Positions 8,331 to 17,962 of a stretch of 64,000 nucleotides of DNA are shown here, piece by piece (positions within the stretch are counted from its first letter, which is position 1; each line of letters opens with the position of its first letter). The notes beneath the pieces are model-generated. The model was not told the origin of the DNA and made no database searches. It saw only the letters and a list, made by a program, of their open reading frames with translations. A program made the translations under genes and the position numbers. Source of the stretch: Escherichia phage ManiMatter_Bas94; sequence record PQ850617.1; one strand, 5' to 3'.

Positions 8331-11300
8331 ATGGCGCTGTATCCAATAAAGTCACTAGGTGCTGTAGGCGTTATCGCTGATCAGGCTCCGACAGACTTAG
8401 CTCCTAATGCTTTCACTAATGCTATAAATGCTCGATTTGTTGAGCAGAGAGTGTTTAAGACGGGGGGCAATGCCCCTCTTTCTTATGTAGATGAAGATAA
8501 GGATTTAACCCCTCTGTCTTTCGTGTCTATGCCTTTCGATTATTATAGCGCAGGTAATAGCTTTCTTGTTGTAGGTACGAATAAGAAGTTATATAAACTG
8601 ACAGATGAAAGCTTGACTGACATTAGCCGTAAGGTTGCTACAGTCACTAAGAAGGCTTCTGCCTCAATTAAGATCTATCCAGTTGTTTCTCAAATCGTTC
8701 CTAAAGAATCAACTATTTCAATGAACTTCAATCAGACTAAGAATCTAGAAGTTTCTCTTCTTCCTGCTGATGCTAACAATACCGACCTTGTTTGGGAGGT
8801 TAGTAATTCAACCTATGGAAGTATTGCAGTAGACCCTAATGATTCTAAACTTGCTACTCTAACATCTTTTGAGAGAGAGGGGAATCTTGTAGTAACCATC
8901 TCTACTGCTGATGATTCTGTAGTGGCTCAGATTGCTGTGAACATTATAGATGGTGATTCGGGAATCTTCTTGAGTCAGGACACTGTTACTATCCGTAAAG
9001 GAGGGACTACCACTCTTACGGCTGTTACTGGTAAAACCCCTGTTACTTGGTCTAGCAGTAATGCTTCTATTGTATCCGTAACCCCTAACGCTAATTCTCT
9101 AACTGCTGTTATTACTGCTAATGGTGAGGGCAACGTAACAATCACTGCCGATAATGGAACGAAGACTGCTTCTTGTGAGGTTGTTTCTATACCTCAGATT
9201 GATAGCATCTCTTTAAGCCAGTCGGATGTTATTGTAAGCAGAGGTTCTCAGTACATCTTAACTGCTACCCTTTCTCCTGCTGATGCCCCTAATCAAAACA
9301 TTACTTGGACCTCTTCTAATCCAAATATTGCAACAGTATCAGGGACTAGTACACAAGGGACGATCAATGCCTTACTTGCTGGATTTACTGAGATTACGGC
9401 TACCACTGAAGAAGGTAACAGAGTTGCTGTCTGTACTGTACGAGTAGATTTAGCTGGAAGGGCGATGAGAACAAGTGCTATGGCATTTGCTGCACCTGCA
9501 TCAGAACCAATTGAATCACAAGAGGAAGAAGTAGTAACTTCTCCTGAAAGTGAAGAGACGGTTTATTTTGCTGATCCTGTGTCTGGTATCGATACGTCAG
9601 GGATGTATGAAGGTAATAACTTCTACGACTACTCTAACGTGAACGACATTGAAGGTTTTGCAAGAGCTTCTTTACTAGAAACCCCTTTGTCATCCGTAAC
9701 CTTGGATGTTGTCAGTGCTTCTCTTGATGTTGGTGAGGAAATAGTTATTACAGCTACAGCTTCTCCAGAAGGTGAGTATTCCTATCAGTGGTCTGTCGAT
9801 AAGACTGGTTATGTTTCTACAACTTCAGTTACTGGTAAATCTATCAAACTGGTTGCTCTTCGTAAAGGAGAGATTAACGTAACATGTACTGTCAGTCAGA
9901 TGACTCAGAAAGATTACGATGCTTTTGATGATTACCCTTGGTATCACGCTGTTATCTCTAACTGTGCAGTTGCTACAACTCACTATGAAACTCCTCAGGT
10001 AAAAGAGTTCGAATCAGAATACTTTGTAGACCTTCCGGGGTGGGGTGAGCAAACAGTTGTTGATAGTGATGGAAACCCTTCAGTCAAAAAGTTTAACTGG
10101 AAATGTGAGAGAGTAAGATCTTTTAACAACCGTCTTTTTGCTCTGAATATGAGAGAGGCTAATGCTTCTGGTGTTACCACTAACTACCCTCTTCGTCTTC
10201 GTTGGTCTAATTTTGCCAACGAGAACAAAGCTCCTACTTTATGGGATGACTTTGCCTATGATCGAGTTGTGTCTTCGGACTTGGCTTCTAACATCGTAGG
10301 ACAGACTCAGGCTTTAGAAAATGGATATGCTGGTTACATCGACTTAGCTGACTCTAACGGCAGCTTGATTGATATCCTACCTCTTAAAGATTACTTGTTC
10401 GTTTATACAGAGTTTGAAACGTACATTGGTTCTCCAACTAATAACACGTACCAACCTCTGATGTTCAAGAAACTCTTTAACGATTCCGGTATCCTTGCTC
10501 CTGAGTGTGTAGTAGAAGTTGAAGGTAGTCATTTCGTAGTTACTCAGAACGATGTAATCTTACACAATGGTGCAACTAAGAAGTCAATCGCTTCTAACCG
10601 TGTTAAGAATATGCTAATTAATGAAATATGTCTGGTTAACCCTTTAGCTACTCGAGTACATTTGCATCAGGATAAGAAAGAAGTTTGGATTCTGTACGTA
10701 GGTCCGGGAGAACCAAAAGAAAGCTTCGCTTGTACTAAAGCTGCTGTATGGAACTACGAGTTTGATACTTGGTCCTTCCGTACTATTCCTTATGCTCAGT
10801 GTATCGGTCTAGTTGACCCTCCTGTTTTAGAGAGAGGTCCAATCTGGTCTGACTTCCAAGAGATCACTTGGGATGACCAATCTATCAAAGAACTCGTTTG
10901 GAGAAAGGATGCAACAAACTTTAGACAGAGGGTTACGATAGTAGGTTCGTTCTTGAGGGGGTTCTATCAAGTGGATGTAGGTGCTCTTGATTATTTCTAT
11001 GATAGGCTTAATGATAAGATTATAGAAAAACCACTGGAGATGAGGTTAGAGAGAACTGGCATTGATTTTGATAACATCACTAATGAGTGGAATCAAAAGC
11101 ATATCAATAGGTTCAGACCTCAGACGACAGGTTCTGGTACGTATACTTTTGAGGCGGGTGGTAGTCAATTCTCTAACGAGTATGGTCATCCACATACATC
11201 CAAGACGTATACGATTGGTGTTGATAGGCATGTCTCGGTGAGACTGAACCATCCATACCTTTTCTATAATGTTATAGATAATGATGTTAACAGCAATGCT

Positions 11301-11348
11301 GCTATCAATGGATTAACGATAGAGTTTGCTGTTGGCGGGCGGAGATAA
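8331..11348 (+). CDS. Large structural protein with several Ig-like (Big_2-type) domains
   Basis: Repeated ~80-aa segments such as TVTIRKGGTTTLTAVTGKTPVTWSSSNASIVSV... Confidence 0.55.
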   Translation: MALYPIKSLGAVGVIADQAPTDLAPNAFTNAINARFVEQRVFKTGGNAPLSYVDEDKDLTPLSFVSMPFDYYSAGNSFLVVGTNKKLYKLTDESLTDISRKVATVTKKASASIKIYPVVSQIVPKESTISMNFNQTKNLEVSLLPADANNTDLVWEVSNSTYGSIAVDPNDSKLATLTSFEREGNLVVTISTADDSVVAQIAVNIIDGDSGIFLSQDTVTIRKGGTTTLTAVTGKTPVTWSSSNASIVSVTPNANSLTAVITANGEGNVTITADNGTKTASCEVVSIPQIDSISLSQSDVIVSRGSQYILTATLSPADAPNQNITWTSSNPNIATVSGTSTQGTINALLAGFTEITATTEEGNRVAVCTVRVDLAGRAMRTSAMAFAAPASEPIESQEEEVVTSPESEETVYFADPVSGIDTSGMYEGNNFYDYSNVNDIEGFARASLLETPLSSVTLDVVSASLDVGEEIVITATASPEGEYSYQWSVDKTGYVSTTSVTGKSIKLVALRKGEINVTCTVSQMTQKDYDAFDDYPWYHAVISNCAVATTHYETPQVKEFESEYFVDLPGWGEQTVVDSDGNPSVKKFNWKCERVRSFNNRLFALNMREANASGVTTNYPLRLRWSNFANENKAPTLWDDFAYDRVVSSDLASNIVGQTQALENGYAGYIDLADSNGSLIDILPLKDYLFVYTEFETYIGSPTNNTYQPLMFKKLFNDSGILAPECVVEVEGSHFVVTQNDVILHNGATKKSIASNRVKNMLINEICLVNPLATRVHLHQDKKEVWILYVGPGEPKESFACTKAAVWNYEFDTWSFRTIPYAQCIGLVDPPVLERGPIWSDFQEITWDDQSIKELVWRKDATNFRQRVTIVGSFLRGFYQVDVGALDYFYDRLNDKIIEKPLEMRLERTGIDFDNITNEWNQKHINRFRPQTTGSGTYTFEAGGSQFSNEYGHPHTSKTYTIGVDRHVSVRLNHPYLFYNVIDNDVNSNAAINGLTIEFAVGGRR

Positions 11349-11353
11349 CAACA

Positions 11354-11382
11354 AGGGGCTTCGTGCCCCTTTTATTGTTTTT
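11354..11382 (+). terminator. Rho-independent terminator
   Basis: Hairpin AGGGGC-TTCGT-GCCCCT followed by TTTATTGTTTTT. Confidence 0.6.
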
Positions 11383-11392
11383 GGAGGAACTT

Positions 11393-12361
11393 ATGGGTGC
11401 AGGTGGTTTTCGTAAGAACACTGGTCGCAATAACACCACACTCCCGTACAACGTTGGGTTTCTCAATAATGTACAGGACACAGAAACTTATAACGTAGCT
11501 GTTTATGATGAACTACAGAAAGTCAGCACAGCTACTAACCAAATGTTCCAAGCTATAGATGAAATTCACGAAGAGATTGACGTTCGTATCAAAGCTCTTC
11601 ATGCGATGAATCTACAATTTGATGAGCTTGAGAATAGAATTACTACAGAGATAGAGACAGCTATTGCCGATATCCAAACACAGATGGGGAATCTCTCCAC
11701 TGAAGATATTTGGGATAATTCTGTTCAACCTCCTGTAAAATTAGAAAGCACTGTATCTGGCTTTAAGACGAGTATTGAAGGTAACACGACTAAGATTCAA
11801 ACGGTAGAAGGTATTGTCAACGACCAAGGTCAAGAGATTGCTTTAGTTCAGACAGAGATTCAAAACATTAATGGAAGCCTATCTCAGTATATGAAGCTCT
11901 CTGAGTATGAAGCTACGTGGGGTGTTAACTCTTCTGTTAATGGTCAGTACGCTGGAGTTAAGCTAACTAACAATGGAACAAACAGTCAATTCCAAGTAAC
12001 CGCTAACAAGTTTGTTGTCGGTGATGGTACGACAGGGAATACACCATTTGTGTTTGAGAATGGAAGAGCTAGGATGGAGTTCGCTGATATAAAGAACGTC
12101 AACATCACAACAGCTCAGGTTGCCAACGCTAGGATTCAGTGGGCACAGATTGATAACGTATCCATCTCCAACGCCCAAATTCAGAACTTGTCAGCGGATA
12201 AAATCACTGCTGGTTCTATGTGGGGTTCTAACTGGAGACTTACTGTTGGGGGTGACTTTGTTATGGGCGGCACAGGTGGGGCACAATTGTGGATGAATGG
12301 GAACAGGATAGACTTCTATGATGGAAGTGGTGCTCTGAGAATTAGGATAGGGAGTTGGTGA
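11393..12361 (+). CDS. Hypothetical structural protein (coiled-coil rich)
   Basis: ATG 11393 preceded by GGAGGA; product has extended heptad-like region. Confidence 0.45.
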   Translation: MGAGGFRKNTGRNNTTLPYNVGFLNNVQDTETYNVAVYDELQKVSTATNQMFQAIDEIHEEIDVRIKALHAMNLQFDELENRITTEIETAIADIQTQMGNLSTEDIWDNSVQPPVKLESTVSGFKTSIEGNTTKIQTVEGIVNDQGQEIALVQTEIQNINGSLSQYMKLSEYEATWGVNSSVNGQYAGVKLTNNGTNSQFQVTANKFVVGDGTTGNTPFVFENGRARMEFADIKNVNITTAQVANARIQWAQIDNVSISNAQIQNLSADKITAGSMWGSNWRLTVGGDFVMGGTGGAQLWMNGNRIDFYDGSGALRIRIGSW

Positions 12362-12362
12362 T

Positions 12363-13382
12363 ATGGCATATGGAATATGGTGTCAACCGGTAGGTCCGGG
12401 GCCAGCCGCCCCTGCCTCTCTTTTTATAGATAGTAATTTAACATTTCCACAATATCTAGGAGCATACAATATATCTCCTTCGTGGAGTGCTAGAAATGCT
12501 TCTTTTAACGTAGGCTCTTTTGATGGTCAAGGTGAGTTATTAATTGTCCCGACTAGTAGACTTATTCAAGATTATTATGTAGGGACAGATTTAATGCCTA
12601 GTTTTAGTTATGTAACAGGTATAGGGACTTCTGGACAAACAGTAAATATTAACATAGAGCCTGCTGGAGCTAGTGGTAACAATAACAGAAACTTCCCAAT
12701 GTCTTTCCAAGCATATAAACTCTGGCCTAGAGGTAATAGAAGCTACGGAATAACTTTCTCAAACTCAGCAGATTTCTTTTCTATCTCTGATAGTGGGGTT
12801 GTTGGTCAGTGTGTTTGGGCGTACAGAGGGGCTGTAGGAGACGGTTTTACTGTCCCTAATGCTGGCCCCAACGCTCTAGTATTTGCCAACTGGAATCAGG
12901 GTGGGGTGTGTGCTTCTTACAACGCAAGCAACGGTCAAATGATCATAACCCACGATAGATCAAACCAGTCTGGCAGTAACAGAGGTGCAGTAATATATGA
13001 TATGAGAATTGCTGTTTTTGCTAGTGGTGTGGGTGTACCAGAACATAATGGAGGTCTGAATATATACTCTCCCGGAACTACAACTTGTGTATTCTCTACT
13101 TACAGGACTCCGTTTGCTATCAGCAGGTTCTTCCCATCTAGTGGGGGTTATACAGGTCTAGGCATTCCTATGATGTGTATGAATGTCACTAATGGAGCCA
13201 TAACAGCGCAAGGTGGTGGATGGATGTGGGTTCATGAAAGATCTCATACAATGAGTGGTACGTCAGTAGGAACAGGCTTTGGCCCACTCGTGGCTAACTG
13301 GACTGACCGATACCCAATCAACGTTAACATAAACCTAGGATTCAATTACCCAATGTTGGAAGGTTCTTTAATTTATGCATAA
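12363..13382 (+). CDS. Hypothetical structural protein
   Basis: 339-aa ORF tightly coupled to upstream gene. Confidence 0.45.
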   Translation: MAYGIWCQPVGPGPAAPASLFIDSNLTFPQYLGAYNISPSWSARNASFNVGSFDGQGELLIVPTSRLIQDYYVGTDLMPSFSYVTGIGTSGQTVNINIEPAGASGNNNRNFPMSFQAYKLWPRGNRSYGITFSNSADFFSISDSGVVGQCVWAYRGAVGDGFTVPNAGPNALVFANWNQGGVCASYNASNGQMIITHDRSNQSGSNRGAVIYDMRIAVFASGVGVPEHNGGLNIYSPGTTTCVFSTYRTPFAISRFFPSSGGYTGLGIPMMCMNVTNGAITAQGGGWMWVHERSHTMSGTSVGTGFGPLVANWTDRYPINVNINLGFNYPMLEGSLIYA

Positions 13383-13391
13383 GGAGATATT

Positions 13392-14174
13392 ATGGCAATT
13401 AGAATGGGTATCGAAGAACTAGACCCAATGGTGCAACAGGCTTCAAAGAAGTATGGAATACCAGCTGCTTTGATTCATGCTGTAATCCAAAGGGAGTCTA
13501 GCGGTCGTCCTACGGTGGCCTCCGGAACTGGTCCTGTAGGTTTAATGCAGATCAGTAAAGGAGTAGCCAAAGATTATGGTTACAAACTAGAAGATAGACT
13601 TGACCCGGCAAAGAACATTGATATGGGTGCTCGTTACATCAGAGACAATCTGAAAGCTTTTAATGGTGATGTTAAGAAAGCGATGGTTGGTTATTCAGAA
13701 GGTATTAGTGGTGCTAAGCAGATGTTCGCTGGTAAAAGAGGTTTTACTTCTCAGGCTCTTGACTCAATGAATAACAAACACTTTCTCCCTTTCTATGGTG
13801 ACGCATCTTCTCAGATTGCTAACCCTATTGGAGCTTTACAAGCTGTTCAGCCCGTCAACCAGTTCAGTTCGGACTATTTAGACAGAGAGAAGGCTGCACA
13901 AGCTCCAACTCAGGCAGAGATTGCTGTTTCTAAGACAGGTGCTTTAGGTGGTAATCCTGTAGAGTTTTACTCTGATGAAGTGCAGGAAGGTGAAGACCAG
14001 AAGCCCCAACAGAACTTTGGTAATGCAGTATTAGGGGTGGCTGCTATGCTTGCTGGTAAACCTCCTACCTCTCAAACAGTTCAGAGGGCAAGTGCACCTC
14101 ATGCAGCAGGTTCTCAGTACAGCCCACAAACACAAGCAGTGCTTAGACGTCTGGCTAGCATTGGTGTTAAGTAA
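13392..14174 (+). CDS. Lytic transglycosylase domain protein (probable virion-associated)
   Basis: AVIQRESSGRPTVASGTGPVGLMQIS soluble lytic transglycosylase-type motif with catalytic Glu. Confidence 0.7.
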   Translation: MAIRMGIEELDPMVQQASKKYGIPAALIHAVIQRESSGRPTVASGTGPVGLMQISKGVAKDYGYKLEDRLDPAKNIDMGARYIRDNLKAFNGDVKKAMVGYSEGISGAKQMFAGKRGFTSQALDSMNNKHFLPFYGDASSQIANPIGALQAVQPVNQFSSDYLDREKAAQAPTQAEIAVSKTGALGGNPVEFYSDEVQEGEDQKPQQNFGNAVLGVAAMLAGKPPTSQTVQRASAPHAAGSQYSPQTQAVLRRLASIGVK

Positions 14175-14193
14175 TAATCGTTAAGGAGGACTT

Positions 14194-15246
14194 ATGTCTT
14201 TATTTGGAAAATCAGCTTCTAGCAAAACCACAGTGGCTCCTTCCTCTCAGGTTGATGCCCTGCTGAAGCAGATTGTTGCTAATGCTCAGAATATGCAGAA
14301 CAACGATCAGGGATTCATTTCCCAACAGCTGGCTGGGTTTAATGGCAACCAACAAGGTGCTCTGAACAACTTAGCAGCTTCTACTACTCAAAAGCAATTG
14401 GCTGATATGTACACACCTCGTACACAGCAAGGGCTAGACCAACTGAATTCTCTTGCCCAGCAGTATCAGAATATTGTTAATGGTGGTGGCCTGACTGCTG
14501 ACGGTGTTAATAACTTTAGTAGAGGTTTAAACAACTCAGCTCTTGCTCAAGCTACCAGTAAAGCAGCTTCCAATGTATCTCTTGGAAATGGTTCTGACTC
14601 AGGCTCTCTTCGTAGAGCTGCTGCTCAGGGTGCTGCTCTTAATGGTGCTAATACAAACCTCTCTCGTACCATCAATGGTAAGAACATGGGAATTAGTGCT
14701 CTTCAACAAGATCAAAACTTCCAGAGGGGTTTGCTTGGTGCTCAGTCTGGTTTAGCTGGACAGAACCTCAATCTCGGTGCACAAGGTGTTCAGGCAACTC
14801 AGCAAGCTATCCAGAATCAACTCATGGCTGGTAATTTACAACAGCAACAAGCTCAAGCTCAAGCAGATATCAATTGGCAGAATGCTATTGGTTCTCGGCA
14901 GTATGGGTGGAATCAGCTTAACAATCAGCTTAATGTACTAAACAGTGTAAGCCCGATGGCTGGATATACGATTAAGAATGCTGCTCCGGGTATTAGTACA
15001 GGACAACAGCTCCTAGGTGCTGGTATTACTGGTTTAGGTATTGCAGGTCGTTTGGGTGCTTTCTCTCCTGACCAACAGACTCAGAATGCTTGGAGTTCCT
15101 ATAACAATTCAGGCGGGCAATCTGGAATGGCTGGTCCTATGATTGGGGGTTCTAATCTTTCTCAACAGAAAGGTCAGTCTAACTGGTTATCCACAATGGG
15201 TAATAATATCTTAGGTGGTGTCTTAGGGGCATTCGGAGCAAACTAA
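14194..15246 (+). CDS. Gln/Asn/Gly-rich protein, putative internal virion protein
   Basis: Low-complexity Q/N-rich; N-terminus MSLFGKSASSKTT paralogous to next ORF. Confidence 0.45.
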   Translation: MSLFGKSASSKTTVAPSSQVDALLKQIVANAQNMQNNDQGFISQQLAGFNGNQQGALNNLAASTTQKQLADMYTPRTQQGLDQLNSLAQQYQNIVNGGGLTADGVNNFSRGLNNSALAQATSKAASNVSLGNGSDSGSLRRAAAQGAALNGANTNLSRTINGKNMGISALQQDQNFQRGLLGAQSGLAGQNLNLGAQGVQATQQAIQNQLMAGNLQQQQAQAQADINWQNAIGSRQYGWNQLNNQLNVLNSVSPMAGYTIKNAAPGISTGQQLLGAGITGLGIAGRLGAFSPDQQTQNAWSSYNNSGGQSGMAGPMIGGSNLSQQKGQSNWLSTMGNNILGGVLGAFGAN

Positions 15247-15258
15247 AGGAGATTTGAT

Positions 15259-16227
15259 ATGGCTTTATTTGGAGGAGGGAATAGTAAAACTACTTCCCAA
15301 ATGATTCGCCCTGAATACATTCAACAGTATATTGACCAGCTTAGCCAACAGATTGGTAATACTAGTTCAGGGGATTATGTTTATCGTGACAACGTAGGGT
15401 TTAATAATAACCAGATAGAAGCTCTTAACAACTTAGCACAATCTGGTGCTCTAGGGACTCTCTCGCAGCAATATATGGATGCAGCAGGTCAAGGGTTAGG
15501 TTATCTAGATAATGCCTATAAAGGTTATCAGAGCCTTTCTGGACAGGGTGGGATTACTGGGGAGCAGATTGGTGCTCTTGCTGGTCAACTATATGATAAC
15601 GATGCTGTGCAAGCAGCTATTACAGCTAATAATGAACAAGTTCAACAAAACCTAGCACGTAATGCTCTTCCTCAGCTAGCTCAACAGTATGCTGGTCAGC
15701 AGGGTTCAGGTGCTCGTATGGCTAAATCTTTTGCTCAAGGCGATGCTCTGAATCAGATGCAAGGACAAGCAACAGATATTACCAACAGTGCCTATAATTC
15801 GGCTATCAGTCAAGCTGAAAGCATTCTCTCTGGTAATAGACAGAATCAGGCAGCTGCTCTCTCAGGTCTTTCCAATATTGGTTCTAACCTTTCTAACTTA
15901 GGTCAGCAAGGTGCTAATTTGTCTCAACAGCAAATGTTGAATCAATGGAATGCAGGGTTGCAGCAACAACAGCAACAACAGAATGAATATGATAATGCCT
16001 ACCAGAATGCCCAGAATGCAGCTAACTGGGGATGGCAGGATATCAATAACCAACTCGGTGCAGCAGGTGTACTTAACGGTGCTCTTGGACAAACTACAAC
16101 TACCAAAACATCTGGTGGTGGCGGTGGCTTCTTAGGTGGAGCTATGAGTGGTGCAGCGGCAGGTTCTTCCTTTGGACCTTGGGGTGCATTGGCAGGGGGC
16201 GTAATCGGTGGGTTGGCTAGTAATTAA
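15259..16227 (+). CDS. Gln/Asn/Gly-rich protein, paralog of 14194-15246
   Basis: N-terminus MALFGGGNSKTT; QQQQQQQ tract; Gly-rich C-terminus. Confidence 0.45.
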   Translation: MALFGGGNSKTTSQMIRPEYIQQYIDQLSQQIGNTSSGDYVYRDNVGFNNNQIEALNNLAQSGALGTLSQQYMDAAGQGLGYLDNAYKGYQSLSGQGGITGEQIGALAGQLYDNDAVQAAITANNEQVQQNLARNALPQLAQQYAGQQGSGARMAKSFAQGDALNQMQGQATDITNSAYNSAISQAESILSGNRQNQAAALSGLSNIGSNLSNLGQQGANLSQQQMLNQWNAGLQQQQQQQNEYDNAYQNAQNAANWGWQDINNQLGAAGVLNGALGQTTTTKTSGGGGGFLGGAMSGAAAGSSFGPWGALAGGVIGGLASN

Positions 16228-16240
16228 TTAGGAGACAAAT

Positions 16241-17896
16241 ATGCAACAGACAACTTACGCTCAGGTCAGAAGTCGTGACCCGAGAAATACTTTCTATGGT
16301 GTTAATCCGGGAGCGGCTTCGGCCTCTCCTTATATGGCTAGACCTATTCAGACAGCAGATGTTTCTATGTACCGACGTCCTTCTGTACCTCCATCTCTCG
16401 CAGGTCTTATCTCTCAGGCAGAAGAAGATCAGAATGCTATGGTGAATCCGGGATTTCAGCAACGTCTTATGGAACAACAGAATCGAGGAACCCCAACAAG
16501 TCTTCAGGGTATTGATATTGGAGCACCAGCCCCTGTAGCAGCTAATCCTGATTTATCCACTGATCAGGGTTTACAAGATGCTGGACTTATGCCTAGCGAC
16601 CCTCTTCCGGTAACGCCTCCTACTAAACCGCTAGAAGATGGCCCTATGGAGTTTACTCCTTCTCAAGTGGAACAGGCACAAGGTGTTGTTACTACTCTTG
16701 CTCAAGGTCAGGACACTGGAGACGGAATGGCTGGGGCTACTCGTATTAAAGATCAGGAACGTGTTAATAATGATATCATGCAAATTGCTAAAGCTAAAGA
16801 CCCTTCCGAAGCTTGGAATAAACTACAGAAAGAACCTTTCTATCAGAATTCCAGTTTCTATACAGGTTTGATGGGTGTAGGTCTTTCTATCATGTCAGGT
16901 AAATCTCCTATCGAAGCATTCCAAATTGGTCAGGGAATGGCTAATCAAGATGAGACTAAGAAGCAACTAGAAGCTAACCGTGATGCTCTGATTGAACAAG
17001 GTTTCTCTCAAGACTCAATTGCAGCTGCTATTGCTAACGGAGATCCATCTCTTCTGAAGATGAAAACTATAGACCCTGCTCAAAAAGAAGCATGGTATGA
17101 GGAGCGTGAAAGACGTCAGAATGCGGAGTGGGATAGACGTCAACAGATTCAAGAGAAATCTATGCGTGAGCGTGCTGAGGAAACTCGTCGTGCTGCTGAA
17201 GAGAGGACTAACATGAACCTTGAACGTCAGAAAAAGTTGATTGACTATCGTGATAAGGTTAAGGCTGAACGTGCCGAACAAGCTGCTCAGAGTTTTAACT
17301 TCTCCCCTAAAGAGACTCGTAACGCTCAGAATACAGCTGAAGGTAAAGTTGCCACTCAGTGGGCAGAGAAAGGTGGCCTGTTTAACCAATCCAATAAAGA
17401 CTTGGACTTGGCTGATAAAGCTATTAAGGACAAGGATTACCAGACGGCCCGTTCTGCTTACATGCAGGCTATCATGAACTCCGCAAGGGCTGAAATCGGT
17501 TCTACTCGTTCTCTTACTGAAGAAGACTTGGGACATTTTGCAGAAGATCCATCAATCTTCATCCGTGTAGGTAACAAGTTCGCTCTGAAGTCGGGATGGC
17601 GTCCTACTGATTCTGCTCTTGCTTATGCTCGTAAACAAGCGAACGTCGGTTACACCTCTGCTATGAAGGGTGTTGCTGATGCTAAGAAAGCTGTTATCGA
17701 AGCGTACATCGGCTCTAAGATGGATAAGAAGAGAGCTACTGCATTGGTTAACCGTGCAATCCCTTCTGGCGGTTTCTATGATCCTCTCGGTGTTTTCTCT
17801 GAGGAAGCAGAAGAGTCAGTTGGTGGTGCAGCAACCAATCCTAAACTGAATGGTGCTTTATCTGGTTCTTCAGATACTAGCTGGTTCACTGAGTAA
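16241..17896 (+). CDS. Hypothetical virion protein (551 aa)
   Basis: ORF in structural block; charged coiled-coil middle region. Confidence 0.45.
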   Translation: MQQTTYAQVRSRDPRNTFYGVNPGAASASPYMARPIQTADVSMYRRPSVPPSLAGLISQAEEDQNAMVNPGFQQRLMEQQNRGTPTSLQGIDIGAPAPVAANPDLSTDQGLQDAGLMPSDPLPVTPPTKPLEDGPMEFTPSQVEQAQGVVTTLAQGQDTGDGMAGATRIKDQERVNNDIMQIAKAKDPSEAWNKLQKEPFYQNSSFYTGLMGVGLSIMSGKSPIEAFQIGQGMANQDETKKQLEANRDALIEQGFSQDSIAAAIANGDPSLLKMKTIDPAQKEAWYEERERRQNAEWDRRQQIQEKSMRERAEETRRAAEERTNMNLERQKKLIDYRDKVKAERAEQAAQSFNFSPKETRNAQNTAEGKVATQWAEKGGLFNQSNKDLDLADKAIKDKDYQTARSAYMQAIMNSARAEIGSTRSLTEEDLGHFAEDPSIFIRVGNKFALKSGWRPTDSALAYARKQANVGYTSAMKGVADAKKAVIEAYIGSKMDKKRATALVNRAIPSGGFYDPLGVFSEEAEESVGGAATNPKLNGALSGSSDTSWFTE

Positions 17897-17916
17897 GACC
17901 TAAGTCCTGCCTTCCA

Positions 17917-17925
17917 TAATGTATA
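17917..17925 (+). promoter_or_regulatory. TAATGTATA promoter-like element
   Basis: Exact 9-mer 38 nt upstream of ATG 17963. Confidence 0.4.
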
Positions 17926-17962
17926 TAGGAGGTAGGACATTTTATTTATAAAAGGAGACGTT

